A stretch of DNA of 64,000 nt from Anaerotignum sp. (GTDB lineage Bacteria > Bacillota > Clostridia > Lachnospirales > Anaerotignaceae): positions 26,580-90,579 of the forward strand of contig JAQUSU010000002.1 of NCBI GenBank assembly GCA_028710085.1. The letters run 5' to 3'. Numbering within the stretch: position 1 is the stretch's first letter; each line of letters opens with the position of its first letter. Both the position numbers and the translations under genes were made by a program. Below are positions 30,891 to 39,926 of the stretch, in pieces. The notes under the pieces were generated by a model. That model did not search any database, was not told where the DNA came from, and saw only the letters and a program-made list of their open reading frames with translations.

Positions 30891-31039
30891 CTCATTTTTA
30901 AAACACGCACTGATAACTGCACCTAAAAATGTGCACTTTGCACAAATTGTAATTTATAATGTGTGTTTTAGCTAAAAAATATTCATTTGCGACATTTTTT
31001 TAATGCACATTAAAGTCCATTTCTTTTCTATCTGTATAC

Positions 31040-31068
31040 ATTATAGCGCATCCATATTCCTTTTGCAA
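31040..31068 (-). promoter_or_regulatory. SigA-type promoter of the ATPase-oxidoreductase operon
   Basis: Minus strand TTGCAA-N17-TATAAT. Confidence 0.65.
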
Positions 31069-31270
31069 TAAAATCGGTTATTTTTTTATCAAGTATCTAA
31101 AAAAAAACATTTTTCAATCTTTTTTTATGCGTAAAAAAACGATTTGTCTGCAAAATATTTGTTAATTATAGATATTTCGTTACAATTTTCGTCCTATTTT
31201 TTATGGTTTTTTTCTTTTGTCATACAAGTCAAGCGCGTAATTACAATTCCTTTAACACTCATAGTTCTCC

Positions 31271-31322
31271 AAAAAAAGCCCATTTTTCGCGCAAAAACTT
31301 TGCGAAAAAAATGGGCTTTTTT
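31271..31322 (-). terminator. Intrinsic terminator after GSIII
   Basis: AAAAAAGCCCATTTTTCGC...GCGAAAAAAATGGGCTTTTTT. Confidence 0.8.
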
Positions 31323-31352
31323 CTAAAAAATATTCTCTTGTCTTACAACAGT

Positions 31353-33461
31353 TTATACATTATATAATAGTTCTCCGTAGGTAGGGAATGGCCATGCCTT
31401 TTCATCCACCAAAAATTCTAGTCTGTCCGCAGGCATACGCAGATTCTCCATGGCTGCAAAAACACAATCACGATAGAACACTGCCTGTAAATGGCTATCC
31501 TCCTTCAGCTTCGCCGCCTCTTGCGTAACCTGTGCCAGCTGCTTTAAAGCTTCATGGAAGGCTTTGAGGTTGTCATTGATTTCTTGTAACAGCTCCTCCT
31601 CTACGGATGCATCAAAGCCAGCTGCTTTCATTGCGGTCAAAGAAACCGCCACCTCGCCTGCATATTTCACAACGGCAGGGCGAATCTGCTTGGAGGCAAT
31701 ATCGATCATTGCCTTGGCTTCAATATTCATTTGTTTGATATAGCTTTCATACATAATTTCCGAGCGAGACTGCAATTCTACACGGCTCAAAACCTTATGG
31801 CGTTCAAACAACTGAACCGCTTTTTCTTCTACTAAATAAGGGATAGAATCCACCATATTTGTAATATTGCTCAAGCCTCTGCGTTCCGCCTCCTGTACCC
31901 ATTCATCAGAATAACCATTACCGTCAAATATAATCCGTTTATGGGCAACATAGGTTTTACGAATCAACTCGTGTACTGCAATATTGAAGTCCTCCGCCTT
32001 TTCCAGCTCCTCGGCAAACTCTGCCAAAACATCGGCAACAATGGTGTTGAGCACAAAATTAGGTCCTGAAATAGAGCCTGAGGAAGGGGGCATACGAAAC
32101 TCAAACTTATTGCCTGTAAATGCAAAGGGTGAGGTTCTGTTTCTGTCCGTCGCATCTCTTTTCAAGTAAGGGAGGGTATTTACACCAACGCGCATTTTTC
32201 CACCCTGAATGCTGCTGGTGGCGCCACCGTGTTCAATCTGGTCAAAAATATCTAATAGCTGATCCCCAAGGAAAATGGAAATAATGGCAGGGGGCGCTTC
32301 CTGTTTGCCTAAACGGTGGTCATTGCCAGGGTTTGCCGCCGCCAAACGCAACAACTCGGAATACTGATCTACGCCTCGGATAATGGCAGTCAAAAATACC
32401 AAAAACTGGGCATTTTCGTGAGGTGTTTTTCCGGGCTCCAAAAGATTCTGACCATCGTCAGTCCCCAAAGACCAGTTGTTATGCTTGCCGCTGCCGTTTA
32501 CCCCTGCAAAGGGCTTTTCGTGAAGCAGGCAAGTCAAATTATGGTGTCCCGCAATACGCTTCATTGCCTCCATTACCAGCTGATTATGGTCAGCGGCACT
32601 GTTACAATCATCATAAATGGGCGCAAGCTCATGCTGTGAAGGCGCAACCTCGTTATGCTGTGTTTTCGCCGTTACCCCAAGCTTCCAAAGCTCTATGTTT
32701 AACTCACGCATAAAGCAGGCAACTCTTTCTTTAATGCTGCCAAAATAATGGTCATCTAATTCCTGTCCTTTTGGAGGTGCAGCGCCAAAAAGGGTTCTGC
32801 CTGTAAAAATCAAGTCTTTTCTCTGGTTATACATACTACGGTCGATGAGGAAATACTCCTGCTCTGCCCCTGAATATACGTTGATTTTCTTGGCGGTTGT
32901 ATTGCCAAACAGCTGCACAATACGCATTGCCTGCTTGGAAATGGCCTGAACAGAGCGCAGCAGCGGTGTTTTTTTGTCCAGCGCTTCCCCTGTGTAGGAG
33001 CAAAAAGCCGTAGGAATATATAAAGTAATTCCTGCCGCATCCTCTCTTAAAAAAGCAGGAGAGGTACAGTCCCACGCTGTATAGCCCCTTGCCTCAAAGG
33101 TTTGACGCAAGCCCCCGGAAGGAAAGGACGATGCATCCGACTCTCCTTTGATTAATTCCTTGCCGGAAAACTCCATAATTGCTTTACCGTTATTTGGCGG
33201 CGCCAAAAAAGAGTCATGCTTTTCCGCAGTAATACCAGTCATTGGCTGAAACCAATGGGTATAGTGGGTTGCCCCTCTTTCCACAGCCCAATCCTTCATG
33301 GCATTCGCAATAATATCTGCGATAGAGGAATTTAACATTTCCCCTTTTTCAATCGTGTTTCTTAATTCCTTGTAGACCTGTTTTGGCAAATGTTCACGCA
33401 TCATTGCGTCATTGAACACATTCATGCCGAAAATTTCGGGTATTGAAATTTTTTCGTACAT
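31353..33461 (-). CDS. Glutamine synthetase type III
   Basis: GATHYTHWFQP.TG.TAEKHDSF, DASSFPSGGLR.TFEARGYT.WD, HEKPF.G.NGSGKH.NWS, DRNRTSPFAFTGNKFEFR; 702 aa. Confidence 0.95.
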   Translation of the reverse strand: MYEKISIPEIFGMNVFNDAMMREHLPKQVYKELRNTIEKGEMLNSSIADIIANAMKDWAVERGATHYTHWFQPMTGITAEKHDSFLAPPNNGKAIMEFSGKELIKGESDASSFPSGGLRQTFEARGYTAWDCTSPAFLREDAAGITLYIPTAFCSYTGEALDKKTPLLRSVQAISKQAMRIVQLFGNTTAKKINVYSGAEQEYFLIDRSMYNQRKDLIFTGRTLFGAAPPKGQELDDHYFGSIKERVACFMRELNIELWKLGVTAKTQHNEVAPSQHELAPIYDDCNSAADHNQLVMEAMKRIAGHHNLTCLLHEKPFAGVNGSGKHNNWSLGTDDGQNLLEPGKTPHENAQFLVFLTAIIRGVDQYSELLRLAAANPGNDHRLGKQEAPPAIISIFLGDQLLDIFDQIEHGGATSSIQGGKMRVGVNTLPYLKRDATDRNRTSPFAFTGNKFEFRMPPSSGSISGPNFVLNTIVADVLAEFAEELEKAEDFNIAVHELIRKTYVAHKRIIFDGNGYSDEWVQEAERRGLSNITNMVDSIPYLVEEKAVQLFERHKVLSRVELQSRSEIMYESYIKQMNIEAKAMIDIASKQIRPAVVKYAGEVAVSLTAMKAAGFDASVEEELLQEINDNLKAFHEALKQLAQVTQEAAKLKEDSHLQAVFYRDCVFAAMENLRMPADRLEFLVDEKAWPFPTYGELLYNV

Positions 33462-33515
33462 ACGCTTGTCCTTTCTGGGTTAACTTTCAGTCTTCTTCAT
33501 TTTACCATACGTTTT

Positions 33516-33544
33516 ATTATACAAGCGCCAAAAAGGTTTTGCAA
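33516..33544 (-). promoter_or_regulatory. SigA-type promoter of GSIII
   Basis: Minus strand TTGCAA-N17-TATAAT. Confidence 0.6.
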
Positions 33545-33703
33545 CGATTTTGCGCCCTACACTTTGGAGAAATCCCGCTTCCTTTTACAATATTTTTTGT
33601 AAATCATATAAGTATTTTTTATGCAAATTCCTTCCTAATTATACAAATTTTTATTTTACCAAAAATAAAAAACGCGCATTCGTATTTTGGTATATTTTTA
33701 CCA

Positions 33704-33732
33704 TTGATAAAGAACGCTAGTTCTGATATAGT
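33704..33732 (+). promoter_or_regulatory. SigA-type promoter with a LexA/DinR SOS box in its spacer
   Basis: TTGATA-N17-TATAGT (TG-extended); AGAAC-GCTA-GTTCT at 33711-33724 matches the Firmicutes GAAC-N4-GTTC box. Confidence 0.75.
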
Positions 33733-33763
33733 GATATTAAGTTCTTTTGAGGAGGCATTTTGC

Positions 33764-34024
33764 ATGAAGCTTATAAATAAAAATATTGATATGATTTCCT
33801 GGACATCCAAAGATGGCGCGGTTACGCCCGTGCGTTTTCGTCTGGAAGAAAACGGAGAAGCAATTACCATCAAGGTGGGCCGTATCATCCAAACAGAAAA
33901 AAATAAATTTGGAGGCAGCCCAACCCTTTCTTTTCTGTGCAGCAGTATCGTTAACGACATGGAAAAAATATATGAAATTACCTGCAATTGTGACAGCCAA
34001 AAATGGCTGCTGCGGAAAATATAA
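33764..34024 (+). CDS. Small hypothetical protein (86 aa), putatively SOS-induced
   Basis: GAGGAGG RBS at 33749-33755, ATG 33764, own promoter and terminator; MKLINKNIDMISWTSKDG..TPVRFRL...YEI.C......W.L.KI. Confidence 0.8.
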   Translation: MKLINKNIDMISWTSKDGAVTPVRFRLEENGEAITIKVGRIIQTEKNKFGGSPTLSFLCSSIVNDMEKIYEITCNCDSQKWLLRKI

Positions 34025-34068
34025 GAGACTGCACCAACAGTCCGCTCCGCGGAAAATTCTTCTACCAC

Positions 34069-34121
34069 AAAAAAGCCAAGAAGCAAATGGCGTCCTTCCC
34101 ACCGCTACTCTTGGCTTCTTT
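34069..34121. terminator. Bidirectional terminator
   Basis: AAGCCAAGA...TCTTGGCTT with A/T tails between convergent genes. Confidence 0.65.
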
Positions 34122-34230
34122 GTGCACCATTTTCTGTATGTACTAAAAACATGAATATGATTTTTATGAAAAATTCTTTTTCTTTGAAAAATCACTTCAA
34201 TATAATAGAGGTATTGAAAACATCGATCCC

Positions 34231-35166
34231 TCATAGGAATAGCATGAAAAATAGGGGCATGGTAAAAATACAAAGCACTGTGCTGACAAAAATATACTTG
34301 CTTGCCAATGCCTCGTCCGCACCAAATTCCGTCGCCAATATTGCACAAAATGCTCCAATTGGCGTAGACAGCCCCACCACAATTACGCCTAAAATCAGTT
34401 TATCATGAATAAATGGCTTCAACATTATGTAAGAGGATAACGGCATAAAAATCAAGCGAAAAAAGGAAACAGGATATGCCCATTTTTCTGAAATCGTTTC
34501 TTTAAAGTTAAATTTTCCAAGGATTCCGCCAATATAAATCATTGCCAAGGGAGAAAGCATTCCCCCGACCATACTCACCGTATCCTTCATCGGCCCCGGT
34601 AAACGAATGTTCAGCACAAAAAATAAAATTCCCACTACCGTTGCCACATTCACAGGCGCCTTCAACAGCTTTTTCATGTTCACTTTTTTGTTATCTGGAT
34701 TATCCGAGCATTTTTGCAACACAACCGCCCCTAAGGTATAGGACATAATATTAAACGCAAAGGTAGCAAAGGCACAATAAAACACACTGTTTCCGCCAAA
34801 AATCATAGCAATAACAGGAATGCCCATAAAGCCGATATTTGCGAACATATTGCTAAAAATCCAAATGCCCTTTGCTTTTTGGGGTACCTTTAACAAACGG
34901 AAGGACACCCAACCAACAACTAGCCCCCACAGATGCATAATCACACAAACGATAAATACCAGTGCACCGTCCCGAAACAATTCGGGGGTATAGTCGATTT
35001 GCAAGGATGAAATGACAAAGCAAGGAATAATAATGCGCGTCAAAAATCCGGCGAAATCCTCCATAAAGCGATCCCCGACAATTTGTTTCTTCCTGCAAAA
35101 ATATCCAATGAGAAGGAGAAAAAATATAATCATCAACTTATCCAATACCGTTAAAATCGCTTCCAT
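34231..35166 (-). CDS. AEC (auxin efflux carrier/malate permease-like) transporter
   Basis: About 10 TM helices; F.N.GFMGIP, SPLAM..IG, RL..MP, STVL...T.P. Confidence 0.85.
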   Translation of the reverse strand: MEAILTVLDKLMIIFFLLLIGYFCRKKQIVGDRFMEDFAGFLTRIIIPCFVISSLQIDYTPELFRDGALVFIVCVIMHLWGLVVGWVSFRLLKVPQKAKGIWIFSNMFANIGFMGIPVIAMIFGGNSVFYCAFATFAFNIMSYTLGAVVLQKCSDNPDNKKVNMKKLLKAPVNVATVVGILFFVLNIRLPGPMKDTVSMVGGMLSPLAMIYIGGILGKFNFKETISEKWAYPVSFFRLIFMPLSSYIMLKPFIHDKLILGVIVVGLSTPIGAFCAILATEFGADEALASKYIFVSTVLCIFTMPLFFMLFL

Positions 35167-35218
35167 GTACCTTCATCGACCTTCCCTTAACGCGTTTTTT
35201 GTATACAATTTTAACCTA

Positions 35219-36169
35219 TTATTGACTCACTGTAAAGCTACATTTTCCTTTTTGGAAAATATCCAGAATGTTTTGCGCCGCCATGAGTCCCATTTTACTG
35301 CTTGCTTCGTAGGTCGCAGCACCTGCATGGGGGGTAACAATGCAATTGGAAAGCTCTAATAACGGGCTGTTGTAAGGCGGTTCTTCCAGCGTTGCATCCA
35401 AGCCTGCCCCACCGATTTCCCCATTTTTCAAGGCTTCATATAAGGCCTCCTCGTCAATAATTCCACCACGAGCAGTATTTACGATAACCGCTTTGCTTTT
35501 CATCTTTTGAAAGGTTTCCCCGTGAAACATATTTTTTGTTTCATCATTTAACGGAGAGTGGATTGTGATAAAATCCGCCTCTTTTACAATGGTTTCAAAA
35601 TCAACATATTTTGCCCCTGTTTCCTCAGCAAAGGCTTCATCCTGATAGGTATCGTAGCAAAGAATATCCATGGCAAAGCCCTTGCATCTTCTTGCCACAC
35701 CTTTTCCGATTCTGCCTGCGCCAATTACGCCAAGGGTTTTGCCATACATCTCAACCCCTGTTGGCCTTTGCTGATTGCCGTTTTTGATGCAATTGTCCAT
35801 ATAGCTTACGTTTCTTGCCGCCGAAAGCATTAAAGCCATTGCCATATCTGCCACAGAATCGCCGTTTGCACCGGGGGTAATGGTCACGGCAATGCCTTTT
35901 TTCTTTGCGGCTTGAATGTCAACCTTGTCATAGCCAACGCCGTAACGGGAAATGACCTTGAGCTTTTTTGCCGTTTCCAAAAGCTCCGCCGTATAGTCCT
36001 CCAAGCCTGCAATAATAGCATCCGCATCCACAATTTCTCTTGTCAGCTGCTCCCCAATGGGACCGTCCACCACCGCCAGTTTTTTTACCTGAAACCCGTT
36101 TTCCTCCAATAATTTTTGTGCTTTCTCATCGGCACTGCCGAAGGATCTTGCTGCAACCAATACTTTCAT
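35219..36169 (-). CDS. D-isomer-specific 2-hydroxyacid dehydrogenase (SerA/GhrB-like), copy 1
   Basis: RYGVGYD.VD, GAGRIG, NTARG..IDE, EP, TPH.G; no ACT domain. Confidence 0.85.
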   Translation of the reverse strand: MKVLVAARSFGSADEKAQKLLEENGFQVKKLAVVDGPIGEQLTREIVDADAIIAGLEDYTAELLETAKKLKVISRYGVGYDKVDIQAAKKKGIAVTITPGANGDSVADMAMALMLSAARNVSYMDNCIKNGNQQRPTGVEMYGKTLGVIGAGRIGKGVARRCKGFAMDILCYDTYQDEAFAEETGAKYVDFETIVKEADFITIHSPLNDETKNMFHGETFQKMKSKAVIVNTARGGIIDEEALYEALKNGEIGGAGLDATLEEPPYNSPLLELSNCIVTPHAGAATYEASSKMGLMAAQNILDIFQKGKCSFTVSQ

Positions 36170-36170
36170 T

Positions 36171-37559
36171 TTAATCTTCTCCTTCCATCCAATCAGTATG
36201 AAACCTGCCTTCCCTATCTGTTCTTTCATAGGTGTGAGCACCAAAACAATCTCTTAACGCCTGCACTAGGTTGACGTTCATTTTTTCCGTGCGACAGCTG
36301 TCATAATAGGAAATGACCGACAGCAATGTGGAGACGGCAACGCCTGCTTCTATGGCTTTCGCTGAAATTTGGCGTAAAGCCTGCTCTCTTTTTCCCAAAT
36401 CACCGAAGCTTTGGGAAAGCAAAATATTTTTGTCACTTTCCTTTAATGCCTTGGTGATGTCCTGCAAAAGTTCGCTGCGAATAATACAGCCTTCTCGCCA
36501 AAGGGAAACCGCCAAAGGCAAATCAATTTCCCAGCCGTAATCCGCAGATGCCTTTTGAATCAAAGCAATGCCTTGGGCATAGCTCACAAGCATGGCAAGA
36601 TAGAAGGCATCCTTTAGCTTTTTTTCGTAATTTTCCAAGGTGATCGGCTTTATGGTTACCTGCAATACTTGACTTCCCTCTTTTCGCAGCTGTGTATCCT
36701 GTGAAAAATATCTAGAAAACACTGCCTCTGAAATCGTGGGTGCATAGACCCCTCTGGCAATGGCTTCCTCTAAGGTCCAACTGCCAGTCCCCTTTTGCCG
36801 TGCGAAGTCCCGTATTTTCTCCACCAAGGGCTCCCCATCTCCGTCTTTTTTGGCAAGCACAGCGGCAGTAATATCTATTAAATAGGAATTCAATTCCGTA
36901 TGCTTCCAACGGGTAAAAATCTCTGTAATTTCCTGATGGCTTAGGCCAAGCCCCTTTTTCATGAAGGAATAAAAATCGGCAATGAGCTGAAGCATGGCAT
37001 ATTCAATGCCGTTATGCACCATTTTCACATAATGCCCTGCGCCCTCTTTGCCAAGAAAGCTGCAGCAATATTCCTCGCCAACCCTTGCTGCCATTCTTTC
37101 TAAAATATAACCGCAGGAATCCCAGGCTTTTTTACTGCCGCCAACCATCATACTGGGGCCGGTCAGTGCGCCTTTTTCTCCACCGGAAACCCCTACTCCT
37201 AAGAATTGGATTCCTTTTTCCAAAAGCCCATGGCATCTTCTTTGGGTATCTTTAAAATGGGAATTTCCGCCGTCAATCAAAATATCACCCTCGTCCAAAA
37301 GGGGCAAAAGGCTGTCAATTACAAAATCCACAACATTACCAGCCGTTACCATCAGAAAGATGACTCTTGGGCGTTTCAGACTGTTTACAAGCGCCTTCTC
37401 CGTAGAAAAAACGGTAAATTTCCCCTGGGCTTGAAAACTTTCTCTTTCCTCTTGGCTTTTCCCAAAAAGGGCTGTGGAAAAGCCCTTTGAAATGAGATTT
37501 TTCGCCAGACTGCTTCCCATAACGCCAAGACCGTAAACGGCAATTTCAAACTCCTTCAT
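36171..37559 (-). CDS. gnd: 6-phosphogluconate dehydrogenase, decarboxylating
   Basis: GLGVMG, IDGGNS, GVSGGE.GA..GPS.M, GHYVKMVHNGIEY, QKGTG.W, QA.RD.FGAHTY. Confidence 0.92.
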   Translation of the reverse strand: MKEFEIAVYGLGVMGSSLAKNLISKGFSTALFGKSQEERESFQAQGKFTVFSTEKALVNSLKRPRVIFLMVTAGNVVDFVIDSLLPLLDEGDILIDGGNSHFKDTQRRCHGLLEKGIQFLGVGVSGGEKGALTGPSMMVGGSKKAWDSCGYILERMAARVGEEYCCSFLGKEGAGHYVKMVHNGIEYAMLQLIADFYSFMKKGLGLSHQEITEIFTRWKHTELNSYLIDITAAVLAKKDGDGEPLVEKIRDFARQKGTGSWTLEEAIARGVYAPTISEAVFSRYFSQDTQLRKEGSQVLQVTIKPITLENYEKKLKDAFYLAMLVSYAQGIALIQKASADYGWEIDLPLAVSLWREGCIIRSELLQDITKALKESDKNILLSQSFGDLGKREQALRQISAKAIEAGVAVSTLLSVISYYDSCRTEKMNVNLVQALRDCFGAHTYERTDREGRFHTDWMEGED

Positions 37560-37650
37560 AACTTCCCTCCTTCTTTTTCTTCCTATATAAATATAAAACA
37601 GTCGGCTTAGGCTCCTTCCACCGCTGCCGACCGTTCTTATTCTCTTGTTT

Positions 37651-38274
37651 TTATCCCCGCACCAATTTTACGGCTGATGCAGTGATTTTTTGAATTTCAT
37701 CAAATTTCTTTTCTTGAATCAAGCTGTCCTTTACCATCCAGCTGCCGCCGCAAGCAATGATTTTGGGGTTTGCCAAATATTCCTTAATATTTTTTTCGCT
37801 GATGCCGCCTGTGGGCATAAAACGAATATTTCCAAAAGGCCCTGCCAAAGCCTTAATGGTGCTCAAACCGCCATAAGCCTCTGCTGGGAAAAATTTTACA
37901 ACAGGTAGCTCTAATTCAATGGCTGCCATTACCTCTGTGGGTGTGCAAACGCCGGGGAAAACAGGAATGTTGTTTTCCTGAGCAAATTTTACAACCTCTA
38001 CACTCAAGCCGGGGGATACAATAAATTTTGCCCCTGCTTCCAATGCCAGCTTTGCCTGTGCTACGTTTATCACGGTGCCTGCACCTACCAGCATTTCAGG
38101 GATTTTGGCCATTACTTTAATGGCTTCATAAGCCGCTTCTGTACGGAAGGTTACTTCCGCAATGGGCAAGCCCCCTGCAATCAACGCTTCCGCCAAGGGC
38201 TTTGCGTCCTCTATGTTATCAATTTTCACAACGGGTACAATTTTCAGCTCTTCAATTCTCTGATTGATATCCAT
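37651..38274 (-). CDS. eda: KDPG/KHG aldolase
   Basis: EVTFRT, GAGTV, FIVSPG, PG..TPTE, KFFPA...GG, PTGGI, GGSW. Confidence 0.88.
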   Translation of the reverse strand: MDINQRIEELKIVPVVKIDNIEDAKPLAEALIAGGLPIAEVTFRTEAAYEAIKVMAKIPEMLVGAGTVINVAQAKLALEAGAKFIVSPGLSVEVVKFAQENNIPVFPGVCTPTEVMAAIELELPVVKFFPAEAYGGLSTIKALAGPFGNIRFMPTGGISEKNIKEYLANPKIIACGGSWMVKDSLIQEKKFDEIQKITASAVKLVRG

Positions 38275-38293
38275 AATCCTTACCTCTCTTTTT

Positions 38294-39244
38294 TTATACA
38301 ATTACAAACCGTGGTTCCTCTCCATTTAGTACCTTTGCAACGTTTTCGGCACAAACAACGCTGACGGCACTGATTGCCTCAATGGAATACATACCGATAT
38401 GGGCAGTTACCACAAAATTTTCCAATTTCAACAAGGGGCTGTCCTTTTCCATAGGCTCATGCTCCATAACGTCTACGGCACAGCCGCCCAAATGCCCATT
38501 TTCCATACATTCGTACAAATCCTGCTCCTGAATAATGCCGCCTCTGCCTGTATTAATCAGATATGCATCTTTTTTCATCTTCAAAATGCGTTCCTTGTTG
38601 AACAAATGCTTTGTGCTTTCTGTCAAAGGCACATGAATGGAAATAATATCGCTGTTTTTTGTCACAGTATCCAAATCTGTCAGGGTTACAAAATCCCGAA
38701 ATTCTTCAGGCACCTCCGTCACAAAGGGATCGAACACCAAAACCTTCATAGAAAAGCCCTTTGCCCTTCTGGCAACATTTTTTGCAATGGCACCAAAGCC
38801 GATTAACCCCAAGGTTTTTTCAAAAACATCCTTCCCGATAAAGGTTTTCCATTCTCCGTTATGTACGCTTTCATTGGTGATAGAAATTCCCCTGGAAATA
38901 TTTAAAATATGACCAAACGCCAAGTCGGCAACGGCGTTTGCGTTCATTGCAGGCACATTGGTAACACGAATGCCCAAGCTTTTCGCATCCTCCAAATAAA
39001 TATTGTCCAGCCCTGCGCCATGCTTTGCGATGATTTTCAAATGCTTGCAACGCGCCATATCCTCTGAATAAAAGGGATGGGCGCCAATAATCAGGCCGTC
39101 ATATTCAGGAATAACCTCTTTGAATTTTTCTTCGTCAAAATCCGCCCCCATCAAGGTGTATGCAACTCCTGCCTCTTCCAAAACCGCAAAGGGCTTCGGG
39201 CTTGTTTTCCCGAAGGATCTGGAGGTGACTAATACCTTCTTCAT
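38294..39244 (-). CDS. D-isomer-specific 2-hydroxyacid dehydrogenase, copy 2
   Basis: KHGAGLDNI, GFGAIA, NTGRG, EP, TAHIG; paralog of 35219-36169. Confidence 0.85.
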   Translation of the reverse strand: MKKVLVTSRSFGKTSPKPFAVLEEAGVAYTLMGADFDEEKFKEVIPEYDGLIIGAHPFYSEDMARCKHLKIIAKHGAGLDNIYLEDAKSLGIRVTNVPAMNANAVADLAFGHILNISRGISITNESVHNGEWKTFIGKDVFEKTLGLIGFGAIAKNVARRAKGFSMKVLVFDPFVTEVPEEFRDFVTLTDLDTVTKNSDIISIHVPLTESTKHLFNKERILKMKKDAYLINTGRGGIIQEQDLYECMENGHLGGCAVDVMEHEPMEKDSPLLKLENFVVTAHIGMYSIEAISAVSVVCAENVAKVLNGEEPRFVIV

Positions 39245-39255
39245 TTTCTCGCCCC

Positions 39256-39903
39256 CTACTTTAAACCGTATTCCAAGGCCAGCTTTTTGATTGCTTCAAA
39301 ATCTCCCGCTTCAATCAGCTTTTTGTTTACCAAATTTCCACCAACGCCAACGCCAACACAGCCAATATCCAGAAAATCTCGATAATTAGAGGCATCCACG
39401 CCGCCAACGGCTGTCAAGGGAATCCCGTCAATGGGACCCATCAATGCCTTCACATAGGGAAGGCCCAAGGCAGCCGCCGGAAAGAGCTTCACAATATCCG
39501 CGCCCCAGTGATAGGCCGTGAGTACCTCCGAAGGGGTTACGGCACCGGGAATAGAAATCATACCCAAGCTTTTGGTTGCTTTGATTACAGCCTCATCCAC
39601 GTTAGGGGAAATGATATACTCCGCACCAGCCTCTTTTGCACGGGATACGTTTTCCACGGTCAATACCGTTCCTGCCCCTACGGCAACCGAATCGCCAAAA
39701 TGCTCTTTAATCATTCGAATTGATTTCAAGGTATCTAAACAATTTTCCTCGCTTTTTAAGCTAAAGGTTACCTCTACACAGGTAATTCCCCCGTCCTTTA
39801 GCGCTTCTACCGTCTGAATCATGTCTTTGGAAGAAATTCCTCTGACAATGGCAACCACCTTACCGTCTAAAATTCTTTGCAATGTATCTGCCATAAATTT
39901 CAT
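39256..39903 (-). CDS. KDPG/KDPGal aldolase (DgoA-like)
   Basis: VAIVRG, EVT, GAGTV, ISPN, PG..TPSE, KLFPA, VGGV; adjacent to dgoK. Confidence 0.82.
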   Translation of the reverse strand: MKFMADTLQRILDGKVVAIVRGISSKDMIQTVEALKDGGITCVEVTFSLKSEENCLDTLKSIRMIKEHFGDSVAVGAGTVLTVENVSRAKEAGAEYIISPNVDEAVIKATKSLGMISIPGAVTPSEVLTAYHWGADIVKLFPAAALGLPYVKALMGPIDGIPLTAVGGVDASNYRDFLDIGCVGVGVGGNLVNKKLIEAGDFEAIKKLALEYGLK

Positions 39904-39926
39904 CTCCTTTTTTATTGCAAAATGCG

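Noticed and set aside
33443-33763. 193-aa ORF start, and antisense ORFs 33619-34086 and 33737-34348
   Set aside because: They run through promoter DNA; the RBS supports only the 86-aa ORF from 33764
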